64,000 bases of DNA from an uncultured Hyphomicrobiales bacterium (GTDB lineage: Bacteria; Pseudomonadota; Alphaproteobacteria; Rhizobiales; Xanthobacteraceae), in NCBI GenBank assembly GCA_964604745.1, contig CAZSAW010000080.1:12245-76244 (forward strand), in the 5' to 3' direction. Of the stretch, positions 47,193 to 57,252 are shown in pieces. The first letter of the stretch is position 1, and the number at the start of each line of letters is the position of its first letter. The notes beneath the pieces are model-generated. The model made no database searches and had not been told where the DNA came from. It saw only the letters and a list, made by a program, of their open reading frames with translations. The position numbers were made by a program, and so were the translations under genes.

Positions 47193-48563
47193 ATGAATAC
47201 CTCGTTTTTTGGCGAGCTGTTGCAGGCGATCTCCGACCGGGGGCGGGCGCTGATCGATCTGACGCGCAATCTCGGCGGAAGTCCCGCTGCAACCCCCGAT
47301 CGTCTTGTCTCGCTATGCGAGGAATTGCTGTCCGGCCGCGGCGAAGCCTCGGGCGTGGCGCTCGCCCGCGAAATCCTCGGCGATTATGCAGCGCTGAGCG
47401 CCGAACAGCGTCTTGTCTTTTTCCATGCGCTCGCCGGCCGCTTCGGCGCCGACCGCGAACGGCTTGAGGCTGCGATCGCGGCCTGGCGGACGTCACCATC
47501 CGATGAGGCGGCCGCCGAGCTCCATCTTGCGGCGGAGCCGCGCCGGCAGGAATTGTTCCGGCGGCTCAATCTCGCCCCTGCTGGCACCGCCGCGCTCGTG
47601 CGCATGCGTGAGGACCTGCTCGATGCGATGGACCATCGCGACGATCTGACGGCAGTCGATTCCGATTTCGTCCATCTCTTCTCGTCGTGGTTCAACCGCG
47701 GCTTCCTCGTGCTGCGCCACATCGACTGGTCGACGCCCGCAAGCATCCTGGAAAAGATCATCCGCCACGAGGCTGTGCACAAGATCAAGAGCTGGGACGA
47801 TCTGCGCCGCCGCATCGAGCCGCCGGACCGCCGCTGCTACGCCTTCTTTCATCCCGCGCTCATCGACGAGCCGCTGATTTTCGTCGAGGTAGCGCTGGCG
47901 AAGGACATCCCCGGCGCAATTGCGCCGATTCTTGCCGAGGAGCGCGACCTGCTCGAGCCGGAAAAGGCAACGACCGCGGTCTTCTATTCGATCTCGAATT
48001 GCCAGCGCGGCCTTGCCGGCGTGACCTTCGGCCATTTCCTCATCAAGCAGGTGGTGGAGGAAATTTCCCGCGAAAACCCTCGGCTTTCGACATTCGTCAC
48101 GCTCTCGCCGGTGCCGGGCTTTGCCGCCTGGCTGCGCCGCGAACGCGGCATCGAGAATTCCGCGGCGCTCACGCCGGAGGATCGCGCGGCGCTCGCTGCG
48201 CTCGACACGGAGGGCTGGTGGGCGGATGAGGAGACGCGTGAAACGCTGTCCGGGCCGCTCATGCGGGCCGCGGCCTATTATTTCCTGCATGCGCGCAACG
48301 GGCGCGGCCTTCCGGTCGATGCCGTCGCGCGCTTTCACCTCGGCAACGGTGCGCAACTGGAAGACCTTCACTTCCTCGGCGATATTTCCGAAAATGGCTT
48401 GCGCCAGTCCTACGGCGTGATGGTCAACTACCTCTATGACCTCGACCAGATCGAAAAGAACCACGAGGCCTTTGCACAGTCCCGCGTCATCGCCGCCTCG
48501 AGCACGGTCAAGCGGCTCGTGCGCAATGCGCCGGCCGAGCTCATTCCGCTGATTGCCGGCTAG
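47193..48563 (+). CDS. matA: Malonyl-CoA decarboxylase
   Basis: 'GEASG', 'LFSSWFNRGFL', 'LEKII.HEAVH', 'FYSISNCQ.GL', 'TLSPVPGF', 'VARFHLGNGA', 'S.G.MVNYLY'. Confidence 0.95.
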   Translation: MNTSFFGELLQAISDRGRALIDLTRNLGGSPAATPDRLVSLCEELLSGRGEASGVALAREILGDYAALSAEQRLVFFHALAGRFGADRERLEAAIAAWRTSPSDEAAAELHLAAEPRRQELFRRLNLAPAGTAALVRMREDLLDAMDHRDDLTAVDSDFVHLFSSWFNRGFLVLRHIDWSTPASILEKIIRHEAVHKIKSWDDLRRRIEPPDRRCYAFFHPALIDEPLIFVEVALAKDIPGAIAPILAEERDLLEPEKATTAVFYSISNCQRGLAGVTFGHFLIKQVVEEISRENPRLSTFVTLSPVPGFAAWLRRERGIENSAALTPEDRAALAALDTEGWWADEETRETLSGPLMRAAAYYFLHARNGRGLPVDAVARFHLGNGAQLEDLHFLGDISENGLRQSYGVMVNYLYDLDQIEKNHEAFAQSRVIAASSTVKRLVRNAPAELIPLIAG

Positions 48564-48579
48564 GCGCCGCGAGGAATTC

Positions 48580-50088
48580 ATGAATCTGTTTGAAGTGATC
48601 AAGTCGCGCATCGCGTCTCCCGCCGCGACCTTCCTGGAGACGAAGACCGGCGAGCGCATCTCCTATGCCGACATGCTCGACCGCTCGGCGCAGATCGCCA
48701 ATCTGCTCGTGCAGCGCGGCGTCAAGCCTGGCGACCGCGTCGCCGTGCAGGTCGAAAAGACACCGCAGAACCTTCTTCTTTATCTTGCAACCCTGCGCGC
48801 CGGCGCTGTCTATCTGCCGCTCAACACCGCCTATACGCTGGCCGAACTCGACTACTTCATCGGCGATGCGCAGCCCACGCTCGTCGTCTGCGATCCGTCA
48901 AAGCGCGAGGGTCTCGCGGAGATCGCGAAGAAGCACGGCGTCGCCGCGGTCGAGACGCTCGACGCGGCGGGCAAAGGCAGTCTGACCGATGCGGCGGCGA
49001 AGGGGCCAACGCGCTTTACCGACGTGGCGCGCGCCGGCAGTGATCTCGCCGCCATTCTTTATACATCGGGCACGACCGGCCGCTCCAAGGGAGCGATGCT
49101 CACGCATGATAACCTGACCTCGAATGCGCAGACGCTGGTCGATTACTGGCGCTTCACCGCGCGCGATGTGCTGCTGCACGCGCTGCCGATCTATCACACG
49201 CACGGGCTGTTCGTGGCCTGCAACACGGTGATGATGTCGGGCGGGGCGATGATCTTCCTGCCGAAGTTCGATGCCGACGAGGTGATGCATTTTCTCCCAC
49301 GCGCCACCTCGATGATGGGCGTGCCGACCTTCTACACGCGTCTCCTGAAACATCCGGGCCTCACGCGCGAAGCCTGCGCGCACATGCGGCTGTTCACATC
49401 GGGCTCGGCGCCGCTGCTCGCCGAGACGCATCGCGAGTTCAGCGAGAAAACCGGCCATGCCATCCTCGAACGCTACGGCATGACCGAAACCAATATGAAC
49501 ACGTCCAACCCGTATGACGGCGATCGCATCGCCGGCACGGTCGGCTTTCCGTTGCCGGGCGTGTCGTTGCGCATCGCCGACGCCGAGAGCGGCAAGGTTC
49601 TGGCGCAGGGCGAGATCGGCGTCATCGAGGTGAAGGGGCCGAATGTCTTTGCCGGCTATTGGCGCATGCCCGACAAGACCAAGGCGGAATTCCGCGCTGA
49701 TGGATTCTTTATCACCGGGGACGTCGGCAAGGTCGACGAGCGCGGCTACGTGCATATCGTCGGTCGCGCCAAGGATCTCATCATCACCGGCGGCTTCAAT
49801 GTCTATCCGAAGGAAATCGAGAGCGAGATCGACGCGCTGCCGGGCGTCGTCGAAAGTGCGGTGATCGGCTGTCCGCATCCGGATTTCGGCGAGGGGGTCA
49901 CCGCCGTGGTGGTGAAGAAATCCGGTACCTCGCTGAACGAGACCGCCATCATCTCGGCACTCGAGGGCCGCCTCGCCAAGTTCAAATTGCCCAAGCGCGT
50001 GCTTTTTGCCGACGACCTGCCGCGCAACAGCATGGGCAAGGTGCAGAAGAATGTTTTGAGGGAACGGAACAAGGGGTTGTACGGATAG
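48580..50088 (+). CDS. matB: Malonyl-CoA synthetase
   Basis: ANL motifs 'YTSGTTGRSKG', 'HALPIYHTHGLF', 'GVPTFY', 'SGSAPL', 'ERYGMTET', 'MGKVQK'; adjacent to matA. Confidence 0.93.
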   Translation: MNLFEVIKSRIASPAATFLETKTGERISYADMLDRSAQIANLLVQRGVKPGDRVAVQVEKTPQNLLLYLATLRAGAVYLPLNTAYTLAELDYFIGDAQPTLVVCDPSKREGLAEIAKKHGVAAVETLDAAGKGSLTDAAAKGPTRFTDVARAGSDLAAILYTSGTTGRSKGAMLTHDNLTSNAQTLVDYWRFTARDVLLHALPIYHTHGLFVACNTVMMSGGAMIFLPKFDADEVMHFLPRATSMMGVPTFYTRLLKHPGLTREACAHMRLFTSGSAPLLAETHREFSEKTGHAILERYGMTETNMNTSNPYDGDRIAGTVGFPLPGVSLRIADAESGKVLAQGEIGVIEVKGPNVFAGYWRMPDKTKAEFRADGFFITGDVGKVDERGYVHIVGRAKDLIITGGFNVYPKEIESEIDALPGVVESAVIGCPHPDFGEGVTAVVVKKSGTSLNETAIISALEGRLAKFKLPKRVLFADDLPRNSMGKVQKNVLRERNKGLYG

Positions 50089-50136
50089 GTTTCCGTGCCG
50101 CCCGCCCAGGCGTTGCGGAACGGGCCACGGATTGCC

Positions 50137-52260
50137 ATGCGGCTCATTGCGGCCTTTCTTTTCAGTATTCCGATTGCACTTGCCACGCTTGTTGCCGATG
50201 GCGCGCGCACGTCCGCGCAACAGGCCGTCCCCGCCGATCCCGCAGGGCCGCGTCCGCCGCTCGCCGAGAAACGGCCAAAACTCTTCGAGGAACACGGCCG
50301 CCAGCGTGTCGACGACTATTACTGGCTGAAGGAGCGGGACGACCCGGCGGTGATTGCTTATCTGCAGGCGGAGAACGCCTATGCCGATGTGCGTCTCGCG
50401 CCGCTGAAGCCGCTCGTTGAAAAGATTCGCGACGAAATGGTGTACGACCTCGACGGCACGATGGTACGCGCACCCTTTCGTGACGGCGGCTACATCTATC
50501 AGACGACCTACGACAAGGGCGCCGACTATCCGGTCATTGTCCGGCGCAGGGTGGATGGCGCAGGCCCGGTGGAAACCGTGCTCGATGCAGCGCAGCTCGC
50601 CAAGGGGCATTCGCAATTCAATCTCGACAAGTGGGTCATCAGCCCGGGCGGGACGACGGTTGCCTATGCGGTCGATTATTCCGGCAACAGCGAACATCAT
50701 CTCTATGTGCGCTCGGTCGCGACGGGCGAACTGCTCGACGACCTCATCGAAGATGCCGACGACGACATCGTGTTTTCCGCCGACGGCGAGGCTTTCTTCT
50801 ACGTGTCGGATTCAAAGGTCTGGCGGCACGACGTCGGAGCCGACCCCGATACCGATGCGCTGATCTACGAGGAAACGGATCGCACCTTCAGCGTGTCGTT
50901 GAGCCTGTCGAAATCGCGACAGTTCGTCTTTATCAATATCGACCACGAGCAGACGAGCGAGGTGCGCTATCTGCGCGCGGATGCGCAGTCCGGCGTGAAG
51001 GTGATGCTGCCGCGCCGCAAGGATCAGCGCTATTTTGCCGATCACGTCGACGGCCGCTTCTACATCCGCACCAATATCGGCGCGCCGGATTTCAAGATCA
51101 TGACCGCGGCCGAAGGTGCCAGCGTGGCGGACTGGGTCGCGCTCGTGCCGGAAACGCCGGGGCGCTACATCTCCGGCATGGAGGTGTTCGACGATTTCAT
51201 CGCGCTGCAGGAGGAGCATGACGCGATCGTGTCGCTGCGCGTCGTGCGTCTCTCGGACCGGCAAGAGATGACGCCGCCCGCGCCGGCCGGAATCGGCGTG
51301 AACACGCTCGATCCGCAGCTCAATCACGATCCGTCGTCGCGCCGTCTGCAATTCGTGTTCGAAGGCCCGACCGATCCGAAAGCGGTCTATGAATTCGATC
51401 TGGACAGGGGCGAGGTGCGCTGCGTTGCGCAATGCCCGGCAGCGGAGCGCTTTCCGCGCGGACGATATACCGTCACACGCGTCCACGCGCGCGCGGGCGA
51501 TGGCGCGCTCGTTCCGGTGACGCTCGTCTACCGGCCCGATCTGCGGCGCGCCGGGGGCAATCCGGCGCTGATCACCGGTTACGGCGCCTATGGATCGAGT
51601 CTCCCGCCGGGATATTTCTCGCTCTGGCGGCCGCTCGTCGATCGGGGTTTCGTTTTCGCGATGGCGCATGTGCGCGGCGGCCGCGAGCTGGGCCAGCTCT
51701 GGTACGATCAGGGCCGGCTTCTGAACAAGCGCAACACCTTCACCGATTTCATCGCCGCGACCGAGGCGTTGATCGCGCAGGGCTATGCCGATCGCGCCAA
51801 AGTGTTCGCCCACGGCGCGAGCGCCGGCGGGCTTTTGATGGGCGGCATCGCCAATATGCGGCCCGATCTTTACGCCGGTATCGTCGCCGAGGTGCCCTAT
51901 GTCGATGTCGTGACCTCGATGTCGGATCCGACCGTTCCGCTCACGACCTACGAATATCAGGAATGGGGTGATCCGGCGGTCCGGGAGCAATACGAGGTCA
52001 TGCTGTCCTACTCCCCCTATGACAACGTGGCCGCGCACGATTATCCGGCCATGCTTGTGACCGCCGGCTTCAAGGATGCGCAGGTGGATTATCGCGAGGC
52101 GGCGAAATGGGTGGCGAAGCTACGCGCAACAAAAACGAATGACAGCGAATTGCTGCTCAGCGTCGACATGGATTCAGGCCATCTCGGCGCGTCGGGCCGC
52201 GTGCGCTCGCTTGGCGCACAGGCACTGATCGACGCGTGGATTCTCTCGCGCGCGCAGTGA
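50137..52260 (+). CDS. S9A peptidase (oligopeptidase B-like) with apparent signal peptide
   Basis: 'DDYYWL', beta-propeller, 'HVRGG.ELG..WY', catalytic Ser in GASAGG, Asp in 'KDAQV', His in 'SGHLG'. Confidence 0.92.
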   Translation: MRLIAAFLFSIPIALATLVADGARTSAQQAVPADPAGPRPPLAEKRPKLFEEHGRQRVDDYYWLKERDDPAVIAYLQAENAYADVRLAPLKPLVEKIRDEMVYDLDGTMVRAPFRDGGYIYQTTYDKGADYPVIVRRRVDGAGPVETVLDAAQLAKGHSQFNLDKWVISPGGTTVAYAVDYSGNSEHHLYVRSVATGELLDDLIEDADDDIVFSADGEAFFYVSDSKVWRHDVGADPDTDALIYEETDRTFSVSLSLSKSRQFVFINIDHEQTSEVRYLRADAQSGVKVMLPRRKDQRYFADHVDGRFYIRTNIGAPDFKIMTAAEGASVADWVALVPETPGRYISGMEVFDDFIALQEEHDAIVSLRVVRLSDRQEMTPPAPAGIGVNTLDPQLNHDPSSRRLQFVFEGPTDPKAVYEFDLDRGEVRCVAQCPAAERFPRGRYTVTRVHARAGDGALVPVTLVYRPDLRRAGGNPALITGYGAYGSSLPPGYFSLWRPLVDRGFVFAMAHVRGGRELGQLWYDQGRLLNKRNTFTDFIAATEALIAQGYADRAKVFAHGASAGGLLMGGIANMRPDLYAGIVAEVPYVDVVTSMSDPTVPLTTYEYQEWGDPAVREQYEVMLSYSPYDNVAAHDYPAMLVTAGFKDAQVDYREAAKWVAKLRATKTNDSELLLSVDMDSGHLGASGRVRSLGAQALIDAWILSRAQ

Positions 52261-53016
52261 TCAACGCGCCGGAGCGCGGCTCGCGGCGGCGATGTCGATC
52301 GTCTGCTGTCCCTGCGCGATCTCGGCGACGAGCTTGTTGATCAGCGCCTGGCCGAACGAATTGAAGTTCTCCGCCACCATGACGAAGGCGCCGGGCCCGC
52401 CGACAACATTGTTCTTGTAATATTGGGCAAGGCCGCCGGGCGGATTGGTGTGCTCGGGATTCCAGGGCAGCGGCCGGTCGCTCAGGATGACGAGGCCGTT
52501 GATGGTAATGCCCTTGGCCAGCGCTTCGTCGCGCGCCTGCACAACATCGCGCCCGGCGTTGTTGGTGCCATCGCCCGAGACATCGATCGTGCGGCGCGGG
52601 GCCTCGAAAGGCGCGCGCTCAAGCTGGGACAGCGCGAAGTCGATGCCGCCTGAAATCGACGTGCGGTCAGCGAACGAGCGCGGGATTTCGATCACCTGAT
52701 CGCCGAAGGCGCGTGCGGAGGCGGTGTCGCCGACGATGGTCCAGTCGATCACGACCTTCTGTGCGCCGATGCCCGACCATTCCACGAAACAGACGCCGAT
52801 GCGCCGGTTCGGTCCGGACGAGATCGCCTCGAGCACGCGCGGATCTGACATCGCCGCGGCATAGCCTTCGCGCTGCAGCTGGAATTTCGGCTGGTCGACG
52901 CTGCGCGAGACATCCGCCGCGAGCACGAGAAGAAGGTCGACACGTTCGGCCGCGAAGGCGGGCACAGCGACCGCAAGCGCACACAGCACGATCGCGCCAA
53001 GGAAGGCCTTCCGCAT
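52261..53016 (-). CDS. DUF1194 (vWA-like) secreted protein
   Basis: Signal peptide; 'LVLAADVSRS' MIDAS, 'LQREGYA.A', 'IDVSGDG.NN', 'TINGL', 'YY..NVVGGPGAF'. Confidence 0.9.
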   Translation of the reverse strand: MRKAFLGAIVLCALAVAVPAFAAERVDLLLVLAADVSRSVDQPKFQLQREGYAAAMSDPRVLEAISSGPNRRIGVCFVEWSGIGAQKVVIDWTIVGDTASARAFGDQVIEIPRSFADRTSISGGIDFALSQLERAPFEAPRRTIDVSGDGTNNAGRDVVQARDEALAKGITINGLVILSDRPLPWNPEHTNPPGGLAQYYKNNVVGGPGAFVMVAENFNSFGQALINKLVAEIAQGQQTIDIAAASRAPAR

Positions 53017-53164
53017 CGACACCTCCGCCATCCGCCCAATGCCGATGTTATCGGCAGCGATCGAACAAGTCAGCTAAATGTGACGGAAATGGCGTCGAAG
53101 CCGATGCTGGAAACGCTGGCCGACCATGACCACAGCGCCCGCCGGCACTGCGGCCGGCCTGCTA

Positions 53165-56017
53165 TTATTGTGCCGCCAGCGGCGCGACGGGAAACGCGAT
53201 CTCAACCAGCGTGCCGGCTTGCGCCGCGTTCCTGATCGAGAAGCTCGCGCGGTTGGCTTCGGCCAGCGCCTTGGTGAGTGGCAATCCGAGGCCCGTTCCG
53301 GTGCGCGCGGCGATGGCGAGCTGGCGGAACGGCTCGAGCGCGTTGGCGAGGTCTTTTTCGGTCATTGTGCTGGTGTCGCGCACGCGCAGCACGACTTCGC
53401 CGTCGTCGTTGACCGCCGTCGACAGGATGACCTGTCCGCCAGCGTCGGTGAGCTTGATCGAATTGGCGAGAAGATTGGCGATGATCTGGCGCACCGAGCG
53501 TGCATCCGCAACGACCTGCGGCAGGCTGTCGGGCAGCGAGGTGCGGATGATGATGCGTTCGCGATTGGCCTGCGGCTGCAGCACCGCGACGGTCTCCTGC
53601 GCCAGGTCGTTCAGGTTGAGGCGGTCGAAGTTCAGATCGAGCTTGCCGGTCTCGATCTTCGACAGATCGACGAGATCGTCGAGCAGCGCGATCACCGTTT
53701 CGCCCGCGGCGTGAATGTCCTTGAGATATTCGCGATAGCGATCGTTACCGACGGAGCCGAACCGCTCCGCCATCATCACGTCGGAAAAGCCGATGATGGT
53801 GTTGAGCGGATTGCGGATTTCGTGGCTGACCTTGGCGAGAAATTCCGATTTCGCCGCCGAGGTGCGCTCCGCCTGGCGCTTCGCCGCGCGCATCTCGTCT
53901 TCGGCCTTTTTCCAGGGCGTGAGATCGCGGAACACGGCGCAGAACCGGTCCTCCGAATCGGCCAGGCGGCCGATCGTCATGAACAGGGGCAGGCGCGCGC
54001 CCGTTGCCGTGAGCCCGCCCACTTCCTGTCCATCGTTGAACATGGTGGAGGGGCCGGCCTGCTGCAGATAGGTGAGCGCGGCGGGACGGCTTTCCGGCGA
54101 CAGAAGCGCGGTCAGATTTTGGCCGCTCAGCGTCTCGGCATCCTGGCCGAACAAGGTCTGCGCGCCATGGTTCGACGACAGGACGCGGCCATTGCCGTCG
54201 AGGATGAAAATGCCGTCGGTGATGGCATCGAGAATGGTGTCGACATCGTCGCGGCGGTTCTTGTCCGGCTCGGGCATCAGCAAGAGCGCCATCGCGCTCG
54301 CGCCATCCCAGGGGATGGTGAACAGGCGCGCGCCGATCGGTGCCTTGCCGCGGCGCGGGCTGTCGATGAAGAGAGGTTGCCCGCCGTCGGCGCGCGCGCC
54401 GGACTCTTCGCCGCTATGCAGGAAGAGGGATTCGATCCCGCCCGCCTCGATGAATTGCAGCAGGTTGTCGTGGCCGGCCCATTCGAGGAAGGCGCCGTTG
54501 GCGAAAATCGGCCGGTCGTGCCGATAGACCAGGACGCCCGCCGGCAGGCGTTCGAGCACCGGCCGTTCGTCGATGGGCGTCGCCGCGACGGTCGCCGGCG
54601 CAGCGGGTTTGCTTTCTTTGGCCAGCGTCTCGTCGCTTTGCGTCCCTTCGCCGTCCTCGGATTCGCGCAGGCGCGCGCTCAATTGCTTGGCGAGTTCATT
54701 GAAGGCGCTGCGCTCGAGCGGATTGAGCGCCACCGGTTTGCTTTCGACGCCGGCGCTCGGGAATGGCACGACATTCGGCGGTGAGGCGGGCACGAGGGTG
54801 AGTGCCGGACGCTCATCGATGACCGGAGCGGCGGGAGACGGTTCCGTGCTCGCGTCGGGTTTCTGCGCTTGCGGCTCGGCGTCACGTTGCGACAGGACGG
54901 AGGCGATGCGCTCAACATCGCGGCAGACGCCGAAGCCACGATAGCCGCGGAAATTGCGGTCACGGTCGAAAACCGGAAGCCCGGACAACTCGACATCGAG
55001 CCGGTCCGCCGATTGCGCAACCGGCCATTTCAGCGTGACGCCGCTGAACGTGTCGCGCGAGGCAAAGGCAGAATCGATCAGCCCATCGGGATCGAGCCCG
55101 GTCTCCGCCTTGATGTCGTTCCACGCCCGCGCTTCGCCGGCGACGATGCTGGAACCGACCAGTGCGACGAACTCATCCGAACCGACATTGAATCTGCCGT
55201 CGGCATCCATCTGCCACACGAACCGTAAGGGATGACGCCGGTCGGCGGGTGAGGGTGTTGCAACCGACGCATCCGGACCCATGCCGGCCGCAGCGACCGT
55301 ATTCGTTTCGCTGACCGCGGTCGCCTGTGCGCTGCCGCGTGACGGTGGTGCGGGGCGCGGCAGGGGCGTCGTATTCGTAAAGCGCGCGAGAAAGAACGCG
55401 TCCGTACCGCTGCCGATCCGTTCGAGCGACAGCGGACCGAAATCGGAGATGCCTTCGGCGTGTCCGTGCTGATGCGCGTTGGCGGCGACCGATGCCGCAC
55501 CGATGGCGGTGAGCGCATTGCGGCCGGCGAGCATCGCCTGCGCCGGCTTGGTCGCAGCCATCAGTGCCCCATCCGGTGCGAAGGCGGCGACAGCGCCGTT
55601 GAAACAGGTCAGGAGCCGGCGGACGCGCTCGCCTGGCGGCAGGGTCGGCCCTGCCGGCTGGGTGGCGACGATCAGGATCGCAGGCTGGTAGTCGATGGTG
55701 ACGCGCGAACAGGCGCACAGGAGCGCGCGGCCCAATCCGCCGCCGAAGCCGCGCAGCATTTCCAGACGCGGCGCGGCCCCGCTGGCCAGCGTCGCCGCGA
55801 GGCGCGCGACCTGCGCCGCTGGCGCCTGCCCTTCGGAAAACACGCGGCCGGCAATGGCGCCACAATCCGGAGCACCGAAGATTGCTGCGCCCGTCGCGTT
55901 CGCCCAGATGATGCGGCCGCCATACGGGTTCCACAGCCACGCGGGCGAGCTTGCGGTCGCGTGCGGCGCGATACGGCCGTCGCGAAAGACCGACAGCATG
56001 AAGCCGGAATCATCCAT
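53165..56017 (-). CDS. Large multi-PAS histidine kinase, PdhS/CbrA (DivJ/PleC group)-like
   Basis: N-terminal 'PAWLW...G.RIIWANA.GA' PAS, low-complexity linkers, PAS, H-box 'SHEIRNPLNTIIGFSDVM..ERFG', 'GTGLGLPL'. Confidence 0.85.
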   Translation of the reverse strand: MDDSGFMLSVFRDGRIAPHATASSPAWLWNPYGGRIIWANATGAAIFGAPDCGAIAGRVFSEGQAPAAQVARLAATLASGAAPRLEMLRGFGGGLGRALLCACSRVTIDYQPAILIVATQPAGPTLPPGERVRRLLTCFNGAVAAFAPDGALMAATKPAQAMLAGRNALTAIGAASVAANAHQHGHAEGISDFGPLSLERIGSGTDAFFLARFTNTTPLPRPAPPSRGSAQATAVSETNTVAAAGMGPDASVATPSPADRRHPLRFVWQMDADGRFNVGSDEFVALVGSSIVAGEARAWNDIKAETGLDPDGLIDSAFASRDTFSGVTLKWPVAQSADRLDVELSGLPVFDRDRNFRGYRGFGVCRDVERIASVLSQRDAEPQAQKPDASTEPSPAAPVIDERPALTLVPASPPNVVPFPSAGVESKPVALNPLERSAFNELAKQLSARLRESEDGEGTQSDETLAKESKPAAPATVAATPIDERPVLERLPAGVLVYRHDRPIFANGAFLEWAGHDNLLQFIEAGGIESLFLHSGEESGARADGGQPLFIDSPRRGKAPIGARLFTIPWDGASAMALLLMPEPDKNRRDDVDTILDAITDGIFILDGNGRVLSSNHGAQTLFGQDAETLSGQNLTALLSPESRPAALTYLQQAGPSTMFNDGQEVGGLTATGARLPLFMTIGRLADSEDRFCAVFRDLTPWKKAEDEMRAAKRQAERTSAAKSEFLAKVSHEIRNPLNTIIGFSDVMMAERFGSVGNDRYREYLKDIHAAGETVIALLDDLVDLSKIETGKLDLNFDRLNLNDLAQETVAVLQPQANRERIIIRTSLPDSLPQVVADARSVRQIIANLLANSIKLTDAGGQVILSTAVNDDGEVVLRVRDTSTMTEKDLANALEPFRQLAIAARTGTGLGLPLTKALAEANRASFSIRNAAQAGTLVEIAFPVAPLAAQ

Positions 56018-56061
56018 GGCGGCGAGGCCAAATCCGCATCAGGTCACAAGACCGCTGCATT

Positions 56062-56076
56062 TTAGTGATTTTTTAA
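56062..56076. promoter_or_regulatory. CtrA-box-like site upstream of the PdhS-like kinase
   Basis: TTAG-TGATTTT-TTAA, one mismatch to TTAA-N7-TTAA, 44 bp upstream of the kinase start. Confidence 0.45.
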
Positions 56077-56183
56077 TAATCGCAGCGCCTCGCGCCGTCC
56101 ACGTTGGCCCCGAAGTTGCGTGCGGATAACCTTAACCTGGCGGGATCGCCGACCTGGCGGTCCACAACCCGCGGGAGCAAGCC

Positions 56184-56567
56184 ATGGCCAAGGATTCGAT
56201 GTCGAGTTTCGAAATTCCGCCGGAGATGCGGAAGTTTGCCGAACAGAGCGTGACGCAGGCGCGCCAGGCCTTTGACAGCTTCATGGCGGCGGCGAACAAC
56301 GCCGTCACCGACATGGAAGGGCGCGCCAAGGTCGCCCGGGAAGGTGCGCGCGACATCAGCGAACGCGCCATGTCCTTTGCCCAGCGTAACATTGCGGCCT
56401 CGTTCGATTATGCGCAGCGGCTCGTGCGCGCTCGCGATGCCGAAGAAGTGATGAAATTACAATCAGATTACGTGAAAAATCAGATCCAGGCGCTGAACGA
56501 GCAGGCGCGGGAGCTGGGCGAAGCGGCGGGCAAGGCCGCCGTGGGGACCACCAAGGCAAAATCCTGA
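56184..56567 (+). CDS. phaP: Phasin (PHA granule protein)
   Basis: 'FEIPPEMRKFAEQSV.QAR.AFD.F', 'N..ASFDYAQ.L..A', 'LQSDYV..Q'. Confidence 0.9.
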   Translation: MAKDSMSSFEIPPEMRKFAEQSVTQARQAFDSFMAAANNAVTDMEGRAKVAREGARDISERAMSFAQRNIAASFDYAQRLVRARDAEEVMKLQSDYVKNQIQALNEQARELGEAAGKAAVGTTKAKS

Positions 56568-56606
56568 TATTGGCCAGCAGCTTATTGTGAATTCGACGAT
56601 TGTTTG

Positions 56607-56634
56607 TGCGATGCAATAATTCTGTTGCGGCGCA
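56607..56634. promoter_or_regulatory. Two PhaR-type TGC-N3-GCA boxes
   Basis: TGCGATGCA (56607-15) and TGCGGCGCA (56626-34) upstream of the second phasin. Confidence 0.6.
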
Positions 56635-56721
56635 TCAATTTTTATGCTACCAACGTCGCATCCATCGGACCGGGGCGTATCCCGGCCCCATAAGCCTTGC
56701 CAGCCCAAGAGGACCAACCCC

Positions 56722-57210
56722 ATGACCGACGCCACCACGCAGAAGCCGAAAGTGTCGAAGCCCGCTTCCGTCTTCGAGACCCCGAAATTCGAAATCCCGA
56801 GCTTCGAGATGCCGAAGATGGAAATTCCGGCTGCCTTCCGCGAGATCGCCGAGAAGAGCGTTTCGCAGGCGAAGGACAATTGGGAAAAGATGAAGGCGGC
56901 GACCGAAGAGGCGACCGATATGCTCGAGTCGAGCTACGCGACCGGCACCAAGGGCGCGTCCGATTTCGGCCTCAAGCTGATCGATCTCGCCCGTTCGAAC
57001 ACCAATGCCGGTTTTGATTTCGCCAGCCAGTTGATGACCGCGAAGTCGCTGTCGGAAGTGGTCGAGCTGTCGACCTCGCATGCGCGCCAGCAGTTCGAGG
57101 CCGCGACCGCCCAGGCGAAGGAACTGACCTCGCTCGCGCAGAAGGTCGCGACCGAGACGGTCGAGCCGCTCAAGGCGAGCATGACCAGCGCGTTCAAGAA
57201 GGTGGCCTGA
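56722..57210 (+). CDS. phaP: Phasin (rhizobial phasin_2 type)
   Basis: AGAGGA RBS; N-terminal FETPK/FEIPS/FEMPK/MEIP repeat; 'FREIAEKSV.QAK', 'N..A.FDFA..L..AKS.SE.VELS'. Confidence 0.92.
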   Translation: MTDATTQKPKVSKPASVFETPKFEIPSFEMPKMEIPAAFREIAEKSVSQAKDNWEKMKAATEEATDMLESSYATGTKGASDFGLKLIDLARSNTNAGFDFASQLMTAKSLSEVVELSTSHARQQFEAATAQAKELTSLAQKVATETVEPLKASMTSAFKKVA

Positions 57211-57252
57211 CACGGCCGCTTCTGCAGCGCCCCGCGCGCTGAACCGATCCAG

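Noticed and set aside
48898-50700. 600-aa minus-strand ORF
   Set aside because: Antisense to matB and the S9 peptidase.
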